Counted from the whole stretch's first letter, positions 34,043-47,450 are shown. The stretch: DNA of 63,999 bases, filler included, from Globobulimina sp. (GCA_003354225.1; 12 parts of 12 records of this genome joined end to end with filler, not necessarily neighbours in it); one strand, 5' to 3'. A program made the numbers and translations. Notes: generated by a model not told the origin, from the letters alone.

Positions 34043-36980
34043 TTATTGGTGCAAAATGCATCTGTTGACTAAAAGATTATTTATGATATGATCCACATGT
34101 TGATATATAGCAATTTTTTCATGGAAATATTTTCGAAAATCCCTAAATAACTGAATCGATCGTATCCTACATTGCTGACTATCGCATCGATAATTATTAA
34201 CAAGCCACGTAAATGAGACATTTCTCAGAAATCCACCATCCTGCCATCGCAAAATGCAACATCCAGAACGATGCATAAATTGCAGCGCACATCCCCTGAT
34301 TCCACTGTTTGAATCTAAAATAAATCCAAATTTATCCATTAATGCGTTTTGTAAATGGATTTTGCAATTTTTGCTTAATTTTCTAGTTTGCGATTCAACC
34401 GTTAATGTTTTTGAGAATGGATCCGCAATTTTCTGTGCTTGAAACTGTGCCGACGGCACTGGTATTAAATGTAAATCTAATTTATTTGCTTCTTTTTCCA
34501 TATTATCAATAAAGGAACAGATTTGATGTCCAGTTGCAACCAACCAATAGATTTGAAAATGAAATACAATGTGCGGATCATATATTTTATCATATTTCAA
34601 AATTAAAAATGTATTTCTTCCCTTCCATTCCGATGGCAATTCAATTTTTAACCGACACCGAGACGATCCATGTACATGTTGGCACCATTTCGATGGCGAA
34701 TAATATGATGATTTCTGATTTATAATACAAATTCCAGTCTGTTTTATATTTGTGGTGGCAGTGATTTTCGTAAACCATTGAATAAAATTATCGCTTTTAT
34801 TATTGGCAGTCGGTATTAATGCAAACCTAATTCTTCTCGCTTTTAAATCATTTTCAATGTCATCGCAATACCCCGCACAAACCTGATCTAATTTTGTCCA
34901 GTCGTACAACTGATGTTTTTCTGACAATTTCACCGTAAAGTTTTGAAATATTTCGCGATGATCATTCCAGAGATTATAATTATACGCTAAACTGAATGTG
35001 GTCAATAATTGTTGATCATCCTTTTTCTGCGATAAAATATTGTCTTTTTGCGATAAAATCTTGGATTCCTTGTCGGCCAATCGATTGTCAACATACCTCG
35101 TTATGGTTATATTGGGATCAGTGGAAATATGCTTTAATTTATGAATATAAGTTTGTGTGTTGAGCACATGCGTACGAATGCGATCGCCAATGCCTTCTTC
35201 CTCGTTCTCTTTGACACGCATCAGCTGGAAATCCTGTGTTATGCGTTGCAGCACCATCTCTGTCAACGTATATTCATTAATTGTGCCGATTTGCCAGTTT
35301 GATTTATATACATTCTTACTGCAATTCAATACTTTGGAATTAAAGGAAATATCATTGGTTAACGGCAAAATCGCAGGAGATATGAAACTTATCCACGACG
35401 AGTTGTACGATGGGAATAAAAAGCCACAGTATTCGTGCGCTGAGGGATAAATACAACCGAACCTTTTGTTCCTCTCATTATAATTGTCCTCACTCCACGT
35501 CAGCTTAAACGGATGGATGTTATTCGCTTTTTTCTCAATGGTGGCAGTTGGCGGCGTGACCGGGCCATTGCTGTTTTCATCTAAATCGATATCACTGATA
35601 TCACACGTTTTGACTTCACTATTAATGGTATTTGCTGACGTATTGAATGGTGTTGTATTGCTTGGATCTAATGCGGATAACGTATTTTTTTCCTGTTGCT
35701 GCTGGTAACTGTCTCGGTGTTGGATCACAATGACATGATCTATATAACCCACATTTTGATTGAGGTCATCGACATCTTCTTTTGGTGCATTAAACATTTC
35801 TTTTAGTACACCCACATTTGGCTCAGCACCATCATCCACGGCTGCTTCGTCTTCATTTTGCGACAAGTTATCATCATCGATATCGCCTGCGCTGTAATTA
35901 AACATTCGCGATGATAATTTGTCACAGGAAATGCACGACATTTCTGAAGCTACACAGGTGTTGTTGCTGGCTCTTCGTTTTGATATGGTGGCTCTTCGAA
36001 TTTGTGGGACCGACAATGGCGGTAAGTTTCCAAAGGAGCCACCCGGCGAATCTATGCCGTAGTTATTGGTATTATTCATATTGGTGGCGTGCGCTTGCGA
36101 TTTCATTGCCTTTTTATAGGTTTGCGTACCATTATTAATTAGAGCCGAATGCACATTTGGTGCAAATATCTGATCATCATATTCTGAGTGGGAATAAGTT
36201 TCGTTTCTTTCCAAGTTGATGGAATCTAGATTTTGTGCGTTATTTTGTAAGTAAATGGTATTGAATCCACTATTTTGTGCATTAATATTTTGTGGTGGAT
36301 CGCGGAGTAATAAAGGAACAAAGGTTTTCGATTCGCGTTTTAGGGCTAAAAAAGATGCGGGTTTTTTATACAATTGCTGTGGTGCAACAATCGGTGATTC
36401 ATTGTATGGATTGTAATCAAAGAATTTTATTTGCATCATTTCTATTGGTTGATAATACGACAATGTCTCCCATTTATTTTCTTCTGTACAAAATTACAAA
36501 ATTACAAGTTAATTTATATTAATTATACATTGCTTAACTAAATGCCAAAGGCGAGCCATACACAAATAATGGTGTTGGATGCAATGGAGGTCGGGTCATG
36601 GACACAATATTACAATTTATTCCATTATTCAATATTCGGACTTTAGTAAACGTTGCCAATGATTTGTCGACAAAATATAAGCCATTGCCAGCAGTGACAA
36701 CATTAATAGACATACCCGTTCTGTACAGATCTCTGTCGACATAATGTTTATCCAATACGTTGAGTGATAATTGGATAGCTTCTAATAAGTTACCTTCAGC
36801 CGCAACAGACACAGACTGAGAGGATTGCGACAAACCGCGGTTCCATTTGACTCGCAATGGAAATGTATCAAAAGCTTCGCGCAGTTTTTGACTTAATTTG
36901 TTCCAATTATTGGTGCACCAATTTCTTACCACAACCATATAGTGGTCCTGATAATATCTATTATCTGAATCTTTGTTAAC
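34043..36980 (-). CDS. DEPDC5: GATOR1 subunit DEPDC5/Iml1 homologue, 5' part missing
   Basis: EGNLLEAIQLSLN...DRDLYRTG...PPLHPTPLF (Iml1 domain); W..F.SPAILPLTND; EMVLQRITQDFQL; WTKLDQ; FHFQIYWLVATG; MHRSG; intron 36484-36538. Confidence 0.88.
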
Positions 36981-37195
36981 ATTAAGAATATATATATATA
37001 TATATCCCCTAAGTCAAGTACTCAATTGGTCCACCAATTTTATCTTGTATTTTGGTGATAATTACAGAAGATTCTATCGGAAATAACTCGATCTTACTTG
37101 AATGATTTTTTTACATACTAGTATTACTAGTTAAAAAAACAGTTTTTTTTAGTTCAAAGATCGTTAAAATCTTGTACAAAACAATTAAACTAAAA

Positions 37196-37411
37196 CTAGA
37201 AATGTTTGAGTAAAGTGGAATCATTTATATCTAAAATTTTTTGTGTTTGTAAGTGTTGGGTCATTTCTTCAAATGGTTGTTTCTCATCACACACTTTGGC
37301 TAATTTTAATTTCTGTTCTTGTTTCGAACCAATAAAATTAAGTTTCCAGTCTTGAAGCATTTCACAAATCCATTTTCTTGCTCTTTCCCTTTGTTGTTCT
37401 GTTCCAACAAT
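37196..37411 (-). CDS. 3' end of an unidentified gene (possibly the end of a KH domain)
   Basis: Open frame from the contig edge, IVGTEQQRERARKWICEML...LLKHF*. Confidence 0.45.
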   Translation of the reverse strand: MVGTEQQRERARKWICEMLQDWKLNFIGSKQEQKLKLAKVCDEKQPFEEMTQHLQTQKILDINDSTLLKHF

Positions 37412-37412
37412 A

Positions 37413-37512
37413 NNNNNNNNNNNNNNNNNNNNNNNNNNNNNNNNNNNNNNNNNNNNTTAATTAATTAANNNNNNNNNNNNNNNNNNNNNNNNNNNNNNNN
37501 NNNNNNNNNNNN
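37413..37512. other. Artificial contig spacer 7
   Basis: N44-TTAATTAATTAA-N44. Confidence 0.99.
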
Positions 37513-40500
37513 ACACTCACACCACCAACACCAAAACCAGAGGCAACACTGACACCGCCACCACCAAAGCCAGAGGCAGAAATACCACTGTTCCTCGTCC
37601 CCAACCCAGTCGGTGTATTACCAGTGCCGCCATAGCCACTGCTCGTAAACTTGCTGTACGTCGGCGAAGCATATCGCCCGCTATTCGCCCCATAATACCC
37701 GCTGGATCTCTGTTTCTCAGTAACTAACGTTGTTTGCCTACCAAAGTCTTCCCGCGAGCCAAACGTAGCAACGCTGCCCTGTCTGCTCTCCATAGCAAAC
37801 GAAGCTGTGCTCATACCAGCAAAGCCTCCTTTACTTGTACCAAAATTGAAACTGCCACCGCCTGCTTTCCCGCTCATGCCCAAGTTGCTGAAATTCGTAT
37901 TCGTGCCCTGATTGAAACTGAATTGCGAATCAACTCCGCGACCACTCATACCCATACCAGTCATGCCTGACATGCCTGGAGTGTCTACAAAATAGCACAA
38001 TTATCACTAATATGCATAAAAAAGATGGGGTGTACTGTACCTGGCAATGAGTTATAATCGGCGTTGACATTCCGCGCGGATTGGTTTATAAATTGCATCG
38101 TGGACTGGTACTTCCTCTCTTGTTCGCGATCCAATTCTTCGTCTTCGACCTCCTGCAACTTTCGCATAGTTTGCTTCTTTGCCATTTTCAGCAAATTCCG
38201 CTTGGATTTCTTGGTATAATTGCTGGCACCGCCGGCCTTTTGCTTCTCTCTTTGTTTTTGCTTCTCAATTTCGCGAATTCTTTCCCGGCGTTCCAGCTCT
38301 AACTGTTCCTGCTCGAACTTATACAGTTTGGGATACGCGAATTGTTTATAACTTTCCATATCGGGGCCGCCGGGCTTTTCTTGATAGTCCACCAATTTCC
38401 ACAACTCATTCACCGGCAGCTCTGTCTGTTGAATGTCGATTTGTACCTCTTTCTCATCGTAAATCATATCTCGATACGACCACATTTTGTCAGTATCTGC
38501 AGTTTTCCGTTTCTCGTTGATTGCATACTCAAACTGCGCCAAATCTTTATTCAGCTCAAAATACACGTTTTTCGCCGTGCCTTTGAGCAGAATGTCCTGA
38601 TAAAACTGCGACAGTCTCTTTTTGTCGTCACTGTGGCCGTTCTCGTGCGTGTGTGTAAAATACCAGTTGTTCCAAAAATTAATGCAGCCGAAATACATGT
38701 CTTCCCTGCTTTTGTTGACCCGGTTCAATTTGCTGTAATGCTGCGCTATCTTTTTATTGTCATGATGGAATTTCCAAATATCAGATTTCAAGTCTCGCCA
38801 GATTTCATTACTTGTGTCGTATCTCTTTATTTGGTCCAACTTATTGACCCAATCGCGGGCGTCAGACTTGATGGCTTCGTTCAGTTTTGTCTGTTTATGG
38901 AATTTTTTGCGTACTCCCCATTCGAAAGTCCACTGTTCGTCGAATTTGGTCAAATAAGCATCCCGTTGCAATTCCTGTTGCTTTGTGACTTCGTTGACTT
39001 CATCCAATTCAATTTTCGCATTTTCATACAATTTCCTGTACTCATATACGTTGCAAACATGTGTCAACAAATATAAATCACAAATTCACAATACCTTAAT
39101 TTCTGCAATTCGAATTTGATCCGTTCCAAAGACACTTTACTTTCATTGATCTCTCTGGCCAGCAACGCTTTGCGTATATTCAATTCGTCGATATCCACTC
39201 CATACTTTTGCTTGCATTCCAAGCGCTTATCGTCCAATATCTCGATCTCATTTTCGCGCTGCAACTCCCACTCCCTCATCTTGTCCAAACTCACGTACAT
39301 CTCCGGGAAACAGGACGGCTTATTCGACAGCAACATGTCCAAATGCTTGTATCCAATGTGGTTGTACCGCACCAATATATCGATCTGAGTCTGCAACGAG
39401 GACAGCAAACTGATGTCCCTCACTGCAATGTCCCTCGCTCCGTCGCCAACTGTGTGATATTCGTAGGTATCGCTCATCATCTTATCATGGTCCTTACTCA
39501 CGACCAGGCTCTCCATTATCTGATCATTTTTATCCGTCAACTTGACATATTCCCTCTTCATTTGGATGACGCGGTCCTTTGCTTGTTCAGCTTCGTACTC
39601 TTTCTTTTGGAGCTCGCTCATTTGCGCCGGATCCAGCTCCTCCAGCTCCAGATCCATAGGCAAACCGACCAGGGATTGCACCGAGGATTGCATGGACGGA
39701 ATGGATTGCGATGGTTGGAGCTGCAGCGCCTGCTCCAATTGGCTCTGCTTCTCTTCCTCTTTATACTCCTCCTCATAGATGCTGTGGGCAGAAGGTTGGC
39801 TGAAGTTACTCTTTGCAGACTGCTGCATTTTCATATCGTTCAGATTGGGGATGTTCAATGTGTTACTGTTGGCAAGCTCTAAGTCAAATGTGTCGGGAGC
39901 GATGGTCTCCTGCTGTTGCAGTACAGGCCACGTGGTCTGATCGTCGTGCTTCATGATGGTGGGCATGGCGTTGTTGATCAATATGGGTGCTGTGGACACG
40001 TGTTGTGTGCAATATGTATGCAGTTCGGTGGTGGTGGCTGGCTCATTGGCGTCCAGCTCCTGTTTGAATAGCTCGTATAATTTGTGTTTATCAGCATAGG
40101 ACAACGCATTCAGAATTTCTATGTAGTGCGAGGATAATATGGAGGTAGAAACATGTTATATTTGCTGCAGTGGCAACAGTGCAAACCTTGCGGGTTTTCA
40201 GTTTGCATTTTCAGTGCAAATTGCTGATTGTTGATGTATTTTAAGCCTTTTTTCAACTTTTTAAACGGTGCCGGTACGTCTTGAATGTCGGCGTCGTCGT
40301 TGTCTGAGTCGTATTCGTCTGGGTAGGTACCGTTGGAATGGATGCATGATTTGAGAGTGGTGCCTTCGCGGATTAACATTTTATGGATGGCCAAGCGGAG
40401 TAATATCAATACTCTCTGGTCGTTGATGTCATATCTCATTTTGTTGTGTAATGGACGGGGCAATTTGTTGCTGTTTGATAATAGGAATTCTTCCAAGGAG

Positions 40501-40814
40501 ACGCCGGATGACTTTAAGGCCATACCTAAGCTTCCTAACATGCGGTAAAATGAGGGTTTTTCCACTAATTTCTTGAGTATTAATTTGATGATATGTCGAG
40601 GATGTGCAGCACGTAATTTCTTCATTGGATCGGTGATGGCGATGTCCACGGCCACTTCTTGGTGCTTTTCTTCTCGATTTTTTTTGCCACGTTTTTTAGT
40701 CGATTTTTTCTTTTTACGTCGCCGGCCTGCTCGACCTATGGAATTGTCACGACCTACATTGCGCGATTCGAAACTAGTGATAAATGTATTTGGAACGTCT
40801 GGCGACTCTGCCAT
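37513..40814 (-). CDS. Large hypothetical coiled-coil protein with Gly/Ser-rich tail, 4 exons, 3' truncated
   Basis: Four ORF-track ORFs joined in frame by short GT-AG introns near 40119-40187, 39036-39094 and 37985-38041. Confidence 0.75.
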
Positions 40815-40888
40815 TATGTACCACTGTTTTCAGTGTCAGTGAAGCAAACAATGCCCAAGAATTGAAGATCGAGTTTAGTTACATCCAC

Positions 40889-42434
40889 ATGGAGCAAAGC
40901 CACTGCGGTATGAGTGTCATTTAAATTTACATATAACTTCATCAATCATCCTCATTGAAAAGATGTGGTTATTCATGCAATTAAAATGGTCAAAAAATAT
41001 TATTACTTACAGTTATTCAGATTTGTTGCGGCATTGACGTTTGGATTATTACTGATAATTGCTTTATATAATCAAGAAAATATGTTTGATTTCGATCATT
41101 TGAAAAGATTGTTATTATTACAACATTTGTCCTCATGTTTAGGTATTGATGAGGCAATGCCTTTTAATTTTGTTTCCTCCAATTTTTATGCAAAAAGAAT
41201 GATTTCCGTTGACACAATAACCGCACCTTTGTTTAATTTTATATCCGACAAACGATCGTTTTTTATGGTCGTGATATATGTGATGTATATCTTACTTTTA
41301 TCGTATATTGTTATTTATAACGACATGACTTATTTGTATGTATATTTATCATTATTTTTATTTACAATTTTGTCTATATTTGATGCTGGTATGTTTTTCT
41401 CAACGCGACCTGGTGATATTTTAAAATTTATCATCATATTATTTTATCCAACAACAAACACTCAAATTATTATCCAGACATTAAACCATTTGCATAGTTT
41501 TTTGTATATTTGGAGTGGAATATCAAAATTACCTCATTTTTTTTGGGGATGGATTTTTCAATATCAATTTCTGTTATGTTCACCAATTGGATTTTTACTA
41601 AAAAACATGTTTTTGAATAAGAAAACATTGACTCCGACTTTATCATCAAAAATATTTGGATTTGCTGGAATTTTGTTGGAAATAATTGCCGGCTTTTTAT
41701 TATTATGTAATCATCCAATACATGGATATGGATGTTTATTGATGACAGCAATGCATATTTTTATTTTATTTTTTGGAATTGGACCATATCGATGGAATAT
41801 TATATATGTATATATGTTATGGGCGATAAATGATAAATTAACTAATATAAATAATGATAATTATATTTTGTTGATATATGAATTGATATTTTGTATTATA
41901 ATACCATTAATCGGCTATTTTAATCCATATTTATTGGGGAAATATTTTGGTGGTTATCGCATGGCAAGTTTTCATTTTACTGGCAATGAGACGCAAGTTG
42001 GTTTTTTACTTAAAAAGGAATTAATCATTAATTCGAAGAGTAATAATTTATCAAAATATTTAAAATCTCAAATATCAAATAATTGTAATAAAAATAATAC
42101 AGAAAATTGCAGTGAATTTATCTTTAATTGTGATGGTATCAATGTATTGAAATCGATGAATATTCCTAATATCAATATGAATGATTATTTTTTTATTTCA
42201 TTATTTAGATTATCGATTTGTACTGGCATCTTAAACACAAAATTTGACGATGGATTGGTTATTATAGTTGAAAGATATAAAAAAGAAATTATTGAGATGC
42301 TGCAGCCTCAAAATGGAAATGATATTTATATGATTAAATTGTGCAGCACTTCGTATTTGCCATTTAATGACAAGAAAAGATATGTGGCAGTTAATGCCAT
42401 ATCCTATACTAATACTAATACTATCCTATACTAA
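40889..42434 (+). CDS. Polytopic membrane protein resembling DUF3556
   Basis: Many TM helices; YIWSGISKLPHFF, G.LLEI, M..MHIFIL, PYRWN, F.GN motifs recall DUF3556. Probable first exon 40889-40907 and intron 40908-40962. Confidence 0.65.
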
Positions 42435-42628
42435 TACTAATACCTTGATTTGTACTCAGCCCGTTTCTATTTTACCTACACTCGTCGTATAAATTATATT
42501 TTTGTTGTACTTCTGTGATTTCAGAATGCTGTTTTTACGAAAAGAACCAAATTGTAGTTTGTTTTTGTTGTATATATTCAGAATTGTTTTTGTTGTATAT
42601 ATTCAAAATTGGCAATCCAAAAATTAAT

Positions 42629-42670
42629 TATTGTTAACTGTACATTTGTATGTGTATATATTTAGAATGT
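42629..42670 (+). repeat. Dispersed repeat copy A (42 bp)
   Basis: TATTGTTAACTGTACATTTGTATGTGTATATATTTAGAATGT, the exact reverse complement of 58522-58563. Confidence 0.9.
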
Positions 42671-42758
42671 GGACAAAAAAATGGCGACGGGGAAAATGGA
42701 AATTTAATAAAAAAAAAAGTCACGATAAACACATCTGAAAACTCTGTACATTTATAAC

Positions 42759-42858
42759 NNNNNNNNNNNNNNNNNNNNNNNNNNNNNNNNNNNNNNNNNN
42801 NNTTAATTAATTAANNNNNNNNNNNNNNNNNNNNNNNNNNNNNNNNNNNNNNNNNNNN
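42759..42858. other. Artificial contig spacer 8
   Basis: N44-TTAATTAATTAA-N44. Confidence 0.99.
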
Positions 42859-42957
42859 TTTTTTTGGGTAATTTAATACAATTTTATTGGTTGGAAATAA
42901 AAAATTGAACACGAGTCAACTCAGTCAAGAAAAAATTGAATTTTTGTTGCAAAAAGA

Positions 42958-45019
42958 ATGGCAACCTTTACCTTTGTACTGTGGTATTTCATCTCCATAG
43001 CTTTTGGGTCTCAATGTGCCGATCAGCCGATGAAGAATGACTTATTAGCATGGTATGAAGAGTGGATGAGAGGATTTCAAGTTGATTATATAGCAATTTC
43101 CGATTTACGTGACGCATATGATTTTATCATAGTTGGTGCAGGTCTGTTATTACATATATGTATATCGTCAGACATTGATTGAGTTTAATGTAATGTTAAC
43201 GTAATCAGGTATTGGTGGCTCAATTGTAGCACATAGATTGGCGATGGATGCATCATATCCAAAGGTGTTGTTATTAGAAGCCGGTTCTAAACATAATACA
43301 AGCGGCTTATCCGCGCAAATGGTGCCTGTCATGGTAGCAGCAAATCAATTGAGTGATATTGATTGGGCGTATCAATCAGAACCATCAGATGGTCATTGTT
43401 GTAAATGGCATAAGCAAAGAAGACATCAAATACCTCGAGGTAAAGTAACCGGAGGTACTGCCATTTTAAATTATATGGTCTGGGTTCGCGGACATAAGGA
43501 AGATTGGGATGTTTTATTCGATGTTGACGGCTGGAAATGGAATGACGTATTACCATTCTATGAGAAAACAGAATCATTACATCGCCATAACCACCAACAA
43601 TGCCACAAAGTGCGTGCCAGAGGTTGTGATGGACCAATTATTGTCAACGATGCGCGTAATTTAGTGGATAAAAATAGTATTTTTGATGAAGCAGTTATCA
43701 ATGCATTTATTGGCACAAAGAAGTTTAAATATTTGCGCAATGGACAAAATTCTGTGACTGGGAGTAATATCGGTGTTGCTTATACAGAATATAATATCGA
43801 TGATACTGGACATAGAAACGACGCATTTCTTGATTATAATAAATATATGAGACATGTATATGCGACAGAATATGGTCAAGGTTTGATAAATTTAGATATT
43901 TTAAGCGATGCTCATGTGACAAAAATATTATTTGCAGACGACAGCAGCGATTTGTTACAAGCGACCGGTGTGCAATTTGCTGATTTGAATGACAACAAAA
44001 AGTTGTATACAGTCGATTTAAGTCAGAATGAAAAATCGGAGGTTATATTGGGTGGAGGCTCCATAAATGATCCACAATTACTAATGTTATCAGGATTGGG
44101 TCCAAAGGAGGAATTAAATAAACATGACATCAAAGTTGTGCGTGACATTGCAGGCATTGGTAATAATTTGCAAGACCATACTTTTTCTTTTATGCGATAT
44201 CATATTGCGCCGAAATATCAATATTCTGAAAGTATCACCGCAGCAAAAGTGCAGAGAACATTATCTAATTTTACACTGTTTAAAGATTATTTGTTTACCG
44301 GCAAAAGTGTGCTAAGTACGTCAACGCCAAATGTGAATGCTTTTATTCGGTCGCATGTAATGAATGCAAAATATGGCACAAAACATAAGTATCCAGATTT
44401 ACAATTTTATGTATTGGCCGGATGGAGTGGCGTTGGAGCTCCATTTAACAAACCAGACTCTGTGTTGGTTGACTATGAATGTGGCAAAGCAGAATATTAT
44501 AAAGATTTGCCCAATGTGGATAATATAATGACCATCGTATCGTTGCAACATCCGGAGTCTCGCGGATGGATCAAATTGAAATCGTCAGATCCTTTCGATT
44601 ATCCATTGATTCAACCAAATTATTTAAAGGAACAATTCGATGTTGATGCTATTATGGAAGGACATAAAATTATGAATGAAATTATGTTGCAACCGTCAAT
44701 CAAGAGATTGTGGGACGAAAGAATGGAATGTAAGAAGTATGGAGATATTGTGAGTAATGATACAAATTTAGAGAGATTTATTCGGGATTCCTGTGATAAT
44801 CTTTATCATCCAGTTGGAACATGTAAAATGGGCGATATTGCAAAAGATAAAATGGCTGTGGTTGACAATAAATTATTAGTTGTTGGTACAATGAATTTAA
44901 GAGTTGCCGATGCGTCAATTCTTCCGCATCAATTATCTGGAAATACTCAAGTGTCCATATATATGATTGGCGAAAAAGCAAGTCATATTATCTTGAAAAG
45001 ATGGAATTCGCGTCATTGA
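42958..45019 (+). CDS. GMC oxidoreductase (glucose/choline dehydrogenase-like) with signal peptide, 2 exons
   Basis: YDFIIVGAG|IGG joined by intron 43142-43208; LLEAG, RGKVTGGTAILN, PQLLMLSGLG, GNNLQDH, YHPVGTCKMG, LRVADAS, SGNT. Confidence 0.95.
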
Positions 45020-45126
45020 TTTTGACATAGTTGTTTAGTATTTATATTCTATACAGATAAGTGTTGGGCAGCATTCCCTTCGCGCGTCAGCTTATAATTA
45101 ATTCACACACTTAAAAATTGCGCTCC

Positions 45127-46086
45127 ATGGCAGCGTTTGCTGAAGAATTGAAATTAGTGCGGCAAATAGCAAAGAATAAACACTATAAACACGTGTTACA
45201 ACAAAATTCAATTAAAAGCCAATCCATTGACGGTGACGGAATCGGTGGCGATAATGACGATATTTTGCGATATTCCAAAAAAGAAACAATATCCGATCAG
45301 ATTAGATGCAATCATGGCAATTGTGCAAAGTGTATCAATTGTATTTCAAGAAAAGTATTACCATTTAATCAAAAACAGTTGCTTCTCAAATACGGATTGT
45401 TTAATTTTGTATTTTCAAACATAAAGAATGCGGATTTAATTAAAATATCACGTGAATCAAACCCTAATTTATTGGAAAAATTCCAATCTTTATCGTCATT
45501 GCAATACGGCGAGATTAAATTTTATTCATTTGCTCATATTTTATGCGAAATACAATCAATGGATGAGAGTCATGATTGGAATAATACAATTTTGATTGAT
45601 TTTGGATCTGGAATTGCAAAGACATTGATCAGTGCGTCATTATTATACCAATTTAAACAATGCATTGGCATCGAAATCATTTATTCAATGCATAAAAAAG
45701 CAATTGATTTTAAAAAAAAAATACCAATCAAATATTATGATTTATTCAAATGTAAACCAAACAAAATAGCATTAATTCATGGAAGTATTTATAATGAAAA
45801 GTTATTGAATGAATATTGTTTCTCCGATCAACAATTTAATGATTCAACTTATGTCATATTTATTGCATCGACTGCATTCAGTGAGAATATGATGCAACTT
45901 TTATCAAACACACTGCAAAATATCTTCAAATCCAAATCCAATGCCAAATTCAATGCAAAAAATATATGGATTATCACATTATCGCATCCATTACCACACA
46001 AAAAGAAATTCATCATTAAACATCGAGATTTATACAGAATGTCTTTTGGTAATGTTATGGTATATTTTCAGTTATTCACTCACTGA
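45127..46086 (+). CDS. DOT1-like class I SAM-dependent methyltransferase
   Basis: YGEI, IDFGSGIAK, CIGIEI, IITLS, MSFG motifs. Confidence 0.75.
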   Translation: MAAFAEELKLVRQIAKNKHYKHVLQQNSIKSQSIDGDGIGGDNDDILRYSKKETISDQIRCNHGNCAKCINCISRKVLPFNQKQLLLKYGLFNFVFSNIKNADLIKISRESNPNLLEKFQSLSSLQYGEIKFYSFAHILCEIQSMDESHDWNNTILIDFGSGIAKTLISASLLYQFKQCIGIEIIYSMHKKAIDFKKKIPIKYYDLFKCKPNKIALIHGSIYNEKLLNEYCFSDQQFNDSTYVIFIASTAFSENMMQLLSNTLQNIFKSKSNAKFNAKNIWIITLSHPLPHKKKFIIKHRDLYRMSFGNVMVYFQLFTH

Positions 46087-46446
46087 CTCTTGTTATTTGT
46101 GTGTTGACTCAATAAATATGATGCATGATATCTTTGTATGTTATTTGAAATTATGGTACACAAAAGCCACGAAATGAACGACTATTAATAACTATAAACT
46201 CGTTTTTACAACAGTGGAAAATACCGGATGCTCTTTGACGTTTCTGACAATTTAGAAAACTTCAAGTTTGCGCGTGTCGCAAGGGTTAATTCATATTGTA
46301 CCTAAAAAACAAAGAGTGCTTCACGTGGAGTGCTTTGTGTATAGATTCAGTGCTTTCGATTGTGTGCTTTGTTTATTGATAGATATCCTTGCACACACAA
46401 AAAAATTTGATATTATTACAATAAACAAAAGTATGTAATTAATAAG

Positions 46447-47142
46447 TTACAATAATTGGCAATAACATGAAGAATTTTGTGTATCATCAGTTTGGTCGTT
46501 GTTATTATTTTCATCATTATAAAATGTTGACGGAAGCACAAATCCATTGTCAATTTTATAAACTAAAGGTATGGTTAATTTATTCATTGCAATAAGCGCT
46601 ATGTCTTGGAAAGCCGGCGTAATATTCATTTTTGTGAAGGCAGAAACCTCTTTAAAAACCATATCATGTCCTTCTGCGTATTGCAAAGCCACTTCGAATG
46701 ATACTTGTCTGTCCGAATCGAGATCGATTTTATTTCCTAATAATAACGTTGGGAATGGTTTTGGATGATTTTCATGCAATGATGACTGGAATTCATTTTT
46801 CCAATGTTCGATGTTGGAGAATGAGTCTTCATTTGTAATGTCAAATACTAATACTAATATATCTGAGCCACGATATAATTGTTTGCTTAATGAATTGAAT
46901 CTTTCTGTTCCTGCGGTATCCCATAGTTGTAATTGGGCGTAATTATTTTCTATACTCACATCTGTTACATATAAATCACTGCCTATCGTTGATTTGTAAC
47001 TATTATTTGCAGTTAATTGCATTTGCGGATTTATATATGATTGTAATATGGACGTTTTACCTACGCCGCTGTCTCCAATTACTACCACTTTCATAAAAAA
47101 ATTTGCTTGCTTCTTGTGTTCAGGTACCTCCATTGCGTTCAT
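46447..47142 (-). CDS. Rab GTPase (Rab7-like, divergent)
   Basis: GDSGVGKTS, STIGSD, WDTAGTERF, GNKID, EVSA; C-terminal CYCQLL. Confidence 0.93.
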   Translation of the reverse strand: MNAMEVPEHKKQANFFMKVVVIGDSGVGKTSILQSYINPQMQLTANNSYKSTIGSDLYVTDVSIENNYAQLQLWDTAGTERFNSLSKQLYRGSDILVLVFDITNEDSFSNIEHWKNEFQSSLHENHPKPFPTLLLGNKIDLDSDRQVSFEVALQYAEGHDMVFKEVSAFTKMNITPAFQDIALIAMNKLTIPLVYKIDNGFVLPSTFYNDENNNNDQTDDTQNSSCYCQLL

Positions 47143-47450
47143 CTTGCAATTGTAAAATGTAAACTTCAAACTGCGGTAAAAAAAGATGACTACAGTAGTT
47201 CACTTCAGCAAATTAAATGAACTGTCATTAAAAATGTCTGGAACTGGTTGTGAAATTGTAACGTAAGTAGTCTCGATTATAAACTGTAAATAAAGATCAT
47301 ATTCTATTATAAATAAGGATTAGACGAACATTTGCTTAAGCTTTTTCTCTAACAATTCAAGGTTGATCATGAGCAAAATCAAGGTCAAATAGGAAAACTC
47401 TAATAAATTATATATCACACTAAATTATATACAGCCGAGTCAACTTAATT

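Noticed and set aside
38081-39882. Long plus-strand ORFs (e.g. 38342-39076, 39208-39882)
   Set aside because: Antisense shadows of the minus-strand coiled-coil gene; no motifs.
46313-46372. GTGCTT motif repeated four times
   Set aside because: Too short and irregular to support an array or binding-site call.
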